This document shows positions 48,101 through 56,887 of a stretch of DNA of 56,887 bases, one piece after another. Under the pieces are notes generated by a model. That model was not told the DNA's origin. It was given only the letters and a program-made list of their open reading frames with translations, and did not search any database. Source of the DNA: Nemertoderma westbladi (lineage: Eukaryota; Animalia; Xenacoelomorpha); the NCBI GenBank assembly GCA_032718475.1, contig JAUCBJ010005438.1, positions 1 through 56,887 of the forward strand, given 5' to 3'. Position 1 is the first letter of the stretch; the number at the start of each line of letters is the position of its first letter. The position numbers and the translations under genes were made by a program.

Positions 48101-51100
48101 ATCTACGAGGACGATGACACAACCGTACACAACCCCTATCTACGAGGACGATGACACAACCGTACACAACCCCTATCTACGAGGACAATGACACAACCGT
48201 ACACAACCCCTATCTACGAGGACGATGACACAACCGTACACAACCCCTATCTACGAGGACAATGACACAACCGTACACAACCCCTATCTACGAGGACAAT
48301 GACACAACCGTACACAACCCCTATCTACGAGGACGATGACACAACCGTACACAACCCCTATCTACGAGGACGATGACACAACCGTACACAACCCCTATCT
48401 ACGAGGACGATGACACAACCGTACACAACCCCTATCTACGAGGACAATGACACAACCGTACACAACCCCTATCTACGAGGACGATGACACAACCGTACAC
48501 AACCCCTATCTACGAGGACGATGACACAACCGTACACAACCCCTATCTACGAGGACAATGACACAACCGTACACAACCCCTATCTACGAGGGCGATGACA
48601 CAACCGTACACAACCCCTATCTACGAGGACAATGACACAACCGTACACAACCCCTATCTACGAGGACAATGACACAACCGTACACAACCCCTATCTACGA
48701 GGACGATGACACAACCGTACACAACCCCTATCTACGAGGACGATGACACAACCGTACACAACCCCTATCTACGAGGACAATGACACAACCGTACACAACC
48801 CCTATCTACGAGGGCGATGACACAACCGTACACAACCCCTATCTACGAGGAGGATGACACAACCGTACACAACCCCTATCTACGAGGACGATGACACAAC
48901 CGTACACAACCCCTATCTACGAGGACAATGACACAACCGTACACAACCCCTATCTACGAGGACGATGACACAACCGTACACAACCCCTATCTACGAGGAC
49001 GATGACACAACCGTACACAACCCCTATCTACGAGGACAATGACACAACCGTACACAACCCCTATCTACGAGGACGATGACACAACCGTACACAACCCCTA
49101 TCTACGAGGACGATGACACAACCGTACACAACCCCTATCTACGAGGGCGATGACACAACCGTACACAACCCCTATCTACGAGGACGATGACACAACCGTA
49201 CACAACCCCTATCTACGAGGACAATGACACAACCGTACACAACCCCTATCTACGAGGACAATGACACAACCGTACACAACCCCTATCTACGAGGACAATG
49301 ACACAACCGTACACAACCCCTATCTACGAGGGCGATGACACAACCGTACACAACCCTATCACGAGGAATGACACAACCCCTATCTACGAGGACAATGACA
49401 CAACCGTACACAACCCCTATCTACGAGGACGATGACACAACCGTACACAACCCCTATCTACGAGGACGATGACACAACCGTACACAACCCCTATCTACGA
49501 GGACAATGACACAACCGTACACAACCCCTATCTACGAGGACGATGACACAACCGTACACAACCCCTATCTACGAGGACGATGACACAACCGTACACAACC
49601 CCTATCTACGAGGACGATGACACAACCGTACACAACCCCTATCTACGAGGACAATGACACAACCGTACACAACCCCTATCTACGAGGACGATGACACAAC
49701 CGTACACAACCCCTATCTACGAGGACGATGACACAACCGTACACAACCCCTATCTACGAGGACAATGACACAACCGTACACAACCCCTATCTACGAGGAC
49801 AATGACACAACCGTACACAACCCCTATCTACGAGGACGATGACACAACCGTACACAACCCCTATCTACGAGGACAATGACACAACCGTACACAACCCCTA
49901 TCTACGAGGACAATGACACAACCGTACACAACCCCTATCTACGAGGACGATGACACAACCGTACACAACCCCTATCTACGAGGACAATGACACAACCGTA
50001 CACAACCCCTATCTACGAGGACAATGACACAACCGTACACAACCCCTATCTACGAGGACGATGACACAACCGTACACAACCCCTATCTACGAGGACAATG
50101 ACACAACCGTACACAACCCCTATCTACGAGGACGATGACACAACCGTACACAACCCCTATCTACGAGGACGATGACACAACCGTACACAACCCCTATCTA
50201 CGAGGACGATGACACAACCGTACACAACCCCTATCTACGAGGACGATGACACAACCGTACACAACCCCTATCTACGAGGACGATGACACAACCGTACACA
50301 ACCCCTATCTACGAGGACAATGACACAACCGTACACAACCCCTATCTACGAGGACAATGACACAACCGTACACAACCCCTATCTACGAGGACAATGACAC
50401 AACCGTACACAACCCCTATCTACGAGGACGATGACACAACCGTACACAACCCCTATCTACGAGGACAATGACACAACCGTACACAACCCCTATCTACGAG
50501 GACGATGACACAACCGTACACAACCCCTATCTACGAGGACGATGACACAACCGTACACAACCCCTATCTACGAGGACAATGACACAACCGTACACAACCC
50601 CTATCTACGAGGACAATGACACAACCGTACACAACCCCTATCTACGAGGACGATGACACAACCGTACACAACCCCTATCTACGAGGACAATGACACAACC
50701 GTACACAACCCCTATCTACGAGGACGATGACACAACCGTACACAACCCCTATCTACGAGGACGATGACACAACCGTACACAACCCCTATCTACGAGGACA
50801 ATGACACAACCGTACACAACCCCTATCTACGAGGACGATGACACAACCGTACACAACCCCTATCTACGAGGACAATGACACAACCGTACACAACCCCTAT
50901 CTACGAGGACGATGACACAACCGTACACAACCCCTATCTACGAGGACAATGACACAACCGTACACAACCCCTATCTACGAGGACGATGACACAACCGTAC
51001 ACAACCCCTATCTACGAGGACGATGACACAACCGTACACAACCCCTATCTACGAGGACAATGACACAACCGTACACAACCCCTATCTACGAGGACGATGA

Positions 51101-54100
51101 CACAACCGTACACAACCCCTATCTACGAGGACGATGACACAACCGTACACAACCCCTATCTACGAGGACGATGACACAACCGTACACAACCCCTATCTAC
51201 GAGGACAATGACACAACCGTACACAACCCCTATCTACGAGGACGATGACACAACCGTACACAACCCCTATCTACGAGGACGATGACACAACCGTACACAA
51301 CCCCTATCTACGAGGACGATGACACAACCGTACACAACCCCTATCTACGAGGACAATGACACAACCGTACACAACCCCTATCTACGAGGACGATGACACA
51401 ACCGTACACAACCCCTATCTACGAGGACAATGACACAACCGTACACAACCCCTATCTACGAGGACAATGACACAACCGTACACAACCCCTATCTACGAGG
51501 ACGATGACACAACCGTACACAACCCCTATCTACGAGGACAATGACACAACCGTACACAACCCCTATCTACGAGGACGATGACACAACCGTACACAACCCC
51601 TATCTACGAGGACGATGACACAACCGTACACAACCCCTATCTACGAGGACAATGACACAACCGTACACAACCCCTATCTACGAGGACGATGACACAACCG
51701 TACACAACCCCTATCTACGAGGACGATGACACAACCGTACACAACCCCTATCTACGAGGACGATGACACAACCGTACACAACCCCTATCTACGAGGACGA
51801 TGACACAACCGTACACAACCCCTATCTACGAGGACGATGACACAACCGTACACAACCCCTATCTACGAGGACAATGACACAACCGTACACAACCCCTATC
51901 TACGAGGACAATGACACAACCGTACACAACCCCTATCTACGAGGACGATGACACAACCGTACACAACCCCTATCTACGAGGACGATGACACAACCGTACA
52001 CAACCCCTATCTACGAGGACAATGACACAACCGTACACAACCCCTATCTACGAGGACGATGACACAACCGTACACAACCCCTATCTACGAGGACGATGAC
52101 ACAACCGTACACAACCCCTATCTACGAGGACAATGACACAACCGTACACAACCCCTATCTACGAGGACAATGACACAACCGTACACAACCCCTATCTACG
52201 AGGACGATGACACAACCGTACACAACCCCTATCTACGAGGACAATGACACAACCGTACACAACCCCTATCTACGAGGACGATGACACAACCGTACACAAC
52301 CCCTATCTACGAGGACGATGACACAACCGTACACAACCCCTATCTACGAGGACAATGACACAACCGTACACAACCCCTATCTACGAGGACGATGACACAA
52401 CCGTACACAACCCCTATCTACGAGGACGATGACACAACCGTACACAACCCCTATCTACGAGGACGATGACACAACCGTACACAACCCCTATCTACGAGGA
52501 CAATGACACAACCGTACACAACCCCTATCTACGAGGGCGATGACACAACCGTACACAACCCCTATCTACGAGGACGATGACACAACCGTACACAACCCCT
52601 ATCTACGAGGACAATGACACAACCGTACACAACCCCTATCTACGAGGACAATGACACAACCGTACACAACCCCTATCTACGAGGACAATGACACAACCGT
52701 ACACAACCCCTATCTACGAGGACGATGACACAACCGTACACAACCCCTATCTACGAGGACGATGACACAACCGTACACAACCCCTATCTACGAGGACGAT
52801 GACACAACCGTACACAACCCCTATCTACGAGGGCGATGACACAACCGTACACAACCCCTATCTACGAGGACGATGACACAACCGTACACAACCCCTATCT
52901 ACGAGGACAATGACACAACCGTACACAACCCCTATCTACGAGGACGATGACACAACCGTACACAACCCCTATCTACGAGGGCGATGACACAACCGTACAC
53001 AACCCCTATCTACGAGGACGATGACACAACCGTACACAACCCCTATCTACGAGGACAATGACACAACCGTACACAACCCCTATCTACGAGGACGATGACA
53101 CAACCGTACACAACCCCTATCTACGAGGGCGATGACACAACCGTACACAACCCCTATCTACGAGGACGATGACACAACCGTACACAACCCCTATCTACGA
53201 GGACGATGACACAACCGTACACAACCCCTATCTATGAGGACGATGACACAACCGTACACAACCCCTATCTACGAGGACGATGACACAACCGTACACAACC
53301 CCTATCTACGAGGACGATGACACAACCGTACACAACCCCTATCTACGAGGACAATGACACAACCGTACACAACCCCTATCTATGAGGACGATGACACAAC
53401 CGTACACAACCCCTATCTACGAGGACGATGACACAACCGTACACAACCCCTATCTACGAGGACGATGACACAACCGTACACAACCCCTATCTACGAGGAC
53501 GATGACACAACCGTACACAACCCCTATCTACGAGGACAATGACACAACCGTACACAACCCCTATCTACGAGGACAATGACACAACCGTACACAACCCCTA
53601 TCTACGAGGACAATGACACAACCGTACACAACCCCTATCTATGAGGACGATGACACAACCGTACACAACCCCTATCTACGAGGACGATGACACAACCGTA
53701 CACAACCCCTATCTACGAGGACGATGACACAACCGTACACAACCCCTATCTATGAGGACGATGACACAACCGTACACAACCCCTATCTACGAGGACAATG
53801 ACACAACCGTACACAACCCCTATCTATGAGGACGATGACACAACCGTACACAACCCCTATCTACGAGGACGATGACACAACCGTACACAACCCCTATCTA
53901 CGAGGACGATGACACAACCGTACACAACCCCTATCTATGAGGACGATGACACAACCGTACACAACCCCTATCTACGAGGACAATGACACAACCGTACACA
54001 ACCCCTATCTACGAGGACAATGACACAACCGTACACAACCCCTATCTACGAGGACAATGACACAACCGTACACAACCCCTATCTACGAGGACAATGACAC

Positions 54101-56887
54101 AACCGTACACAACCCCTATCTACGAGGACAATGACACAACCGTACACAACCCCTATCTACGAGGACGATGACACAACCGTACACAACCCCTATCTACGAG
54201 GGCGATGACACAACCGTACACAACCCCTATCTACGAGGACAATGACACAACCGTACACAACCCCTATCTACGAGGACAATGACACAACCGTACACAACCC
54301 CTATCTACGAGGACGATGACACAACCGTACACAACCCCTATCTACGAGGACGATGACACAACCGTACACAACCCCTATCTACGAGGACGATGACACAACC
54401 GTACACAACCCCTATCTACGAGGACGATGACACAACCGTACACAACCCCTATCTACGAGGACGATGACACAACCGTACACAACCCCTATCTACGAGGACA
54501 ATGACACAACCGTACACAACCCCTATCTACGAGGACGATGACACAACCGTACACAACCCCTATCTACGAGGACGATGACACAACCGTACACAACCCCTAT
54601 CTACGAGGACAATGACACAACCGTACACAACCCCTATCTACGAGGACGATGACACAACCGTACACAACCCCTATCTACGAGGACGATGACACAACCGTAC
54701 ACAACCCCTATCTACGAGGACAGATGACACAACCGTACACAACCCCTATCTACGAGGACAATGACACAACCGTACACAACCCCTATCTACGAGGACGATG
54801 ACACAACCGTACACAACCCCTATCTACGAGGACGATGACACAACCGTACACAACCCCTATCTACGAGGACAATGACACAACCGTACACAACCCCTATCTA
54901 CGAGGACGATGACACAACCGTACACAACCCCTATCTACGAGGACGATGACACAACCGTACACAACCCCTATCTACGACAATGACACAACCGTACACAACC
55001 CCTATCTACGAGGACAATGACACAACCGTACACAACCCCTATCTACGAGGACGATGACACAACCGTACACAACCCCTATCTACGAGGACGATGACACAAC
55101 CGTACACAACCGTACACAACGACACAACCGTACACAACCCCTATCTACGAGGACAATGACACAACCGTACACAACCCCTATCTACGAGGACGATGACACA
55201 ACCGTACACAACCCCTATCTACGAGGACGATGACACAACCGTACACAACCCATCACAGTACACAACCGTACACAACCCCTATCTACGAGGACAATGACAC
55301 AACCGTACACAACCCCTATCTACGAGGACGATGACACAACCGTACACAACCCCTATCTACGAGGACGATGACACAACCGTACACAACCCCTATCTACGAG
55401 GACGATGACACAACCGTACACAACCCCTATCTACGAGGACGATGACACAACCGTACACAACCCCTATCTATGAGGACGATGACACAACCGTACACAACCC
55501 CTATCTACGAGGACAATGACACAACCGTACACAACCCCTATCTACGAGGACGATGACACAACCGTACACAACCCCTATCTACGAGGACGATGACACAACC
55601 GTACACAACCCCTATCTACGAGGACAATGACACAACCGTACACAACCCCTATCTACGAGGACGATGACACAACCGTACACAACCCCTATCTACGAGGACG
55701 ATGACACAACCGTACACAACCCCTATCTACGAGGACGATGACACAACCGTACACAACCCCTATCTACGAGGACAATGACACAACCGTACACAACCCCTAT
55801 CTACGAGGACGATGACACAACCGTACACAACCCCTATCTACGAGGACGATGACACAACCGTACACAACCCCTATCTACGAGGACAATGACACAACCGTAC
55901 ACAACCCCTATCTACGAGGACGATGACACAACCGTACACAACCCCTATCTACGAGGACGATGACACAACCGTACACAACCCCTATCTACGAGGACAATGA
56001 CACAACCGTACACAACCCCTATCTACGAGGACAATGACACAACCGTACACAACCCCTATCTACGAGGGCGATGACACAACCGTACACAACCCCTATCTAC
56101 GAGGACAATGACACAACCGTACACAACCCCTATCTACGAGGACGATGACACAACCGTACACAACCCCTATCTACGAGGACGATGACACAACCGTACACAA
56201 CCCCTATCTACGAGGGCGATGACACAACTGTACACAACCCCTATCTACGAGGACGATGACACAACCGTACACAACCCCTATCTACGAGGACAATGACACA
56301 ACCGTACACAACCCCTATCTACGAGGACGATGACACAACCGTACACAACCCCTATCTATGAGGGCGATGACACAACCGTACACAACCCCTATCTACGAGG
56401 ACAATGACACAACCGTACACAACCCCTATCTACGAGGACGATGACACAACCGTACACAACCCCTATCTACGAGGACGATGACACAACCGTACACAACCCC
56501 TATCTACGAGGACGATGACACAACCGTACACAACCCCTATCTATGAGGACGATGACACAACCGTACACAACCCCTATCTACGAGGACAATGACACAACCG
56601 TACACAACCCCTATCTACGAGGACAATGACACAACCGTACACAACCCCTATCTACGAGGGCGATGACACAACCGTACACATCGACCCCTATCTACGAGGA
56701 CGATGACACAACCGTACACAACCCCTATATACGAGGACGATGACACAACCGTACACAACCCCTATCTACGAGGACGATGACACAACCGTACACAACCGTA
56801 CACAACCGTACACAACCCCTATCTACGAGGACAATGACACAACCGTACACAACCCCTATCTACGAGGAGCGATGACACAACCGTACA
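39190..56887. repeat. 37-bp satellite GACACAACCGTACACAACCCCTATCTACGAGGAC(G/A)AT, roughly 470 units, running off the window
   Basis: Continuous head-to-tail units without spacers; 48-bp variants are interspersed in 39190-39930. Confidence 0.97.

Noticed and set aside
39190-56887. 37-bp repeat as a CRISPR array
   Set aside because: Units are directly head-to-tail with no unique spacers, there are no cas genes, and the context is eukaryotic.
39930-56887. Satellite as a telomerase-type terminal repeat
   Set aside because: The G/T-rich strand is the minus strand and points into the window, opposite to what a telomere at the right end requires.
54700-56887. Irregular satellite units near the window end as biological variants
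   Set aside because: Sporadic single indels could be low-coverage consensus errors; they cannot be judged without reads.

Overview
Eukaryotic (probably invertebrate metazoan) genomic DNA. The only host gene is the 3' end of a ZER1/ZYG-11-family gene on the + strand (exons 65-351 and 29900-30072). Its last intron (352-29899) has only ~100 bp of non-transposon sequence; the rest is a nested stack of elements. A TIR DNA element (374-29817) holds a truncated BEL/Pao copy (442-~3570), a hAT MITE (3911-4644) and a full-length BEL/Pao element (4733-29605, TSD ATGTG). The pol gene of that BEL element is split by a tandem, three-LTR Mag-like Gypsy element (12649-21810, TSD ACCCA). Both Mag-like units lack the RT core and RNase H through in-frame deletions, carry an (SDIT)16-18 array at the RT position, and keep gag, protease and integrase. 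A gap-free 163-nt, ~89% identical, covarying RNA structure is shared by the Mag-like 5' leader and the BEL 3' region, where it precedes an unexplained extra ORF. Downstream are three RTE-like LINE fragments, a CsRN1/Kabuki-like Gypsy element with a -1 frameshift signal (32174-36541), and a >17 kb 37-bp satellite running off the window end. All calls are by eye; no searches were run.
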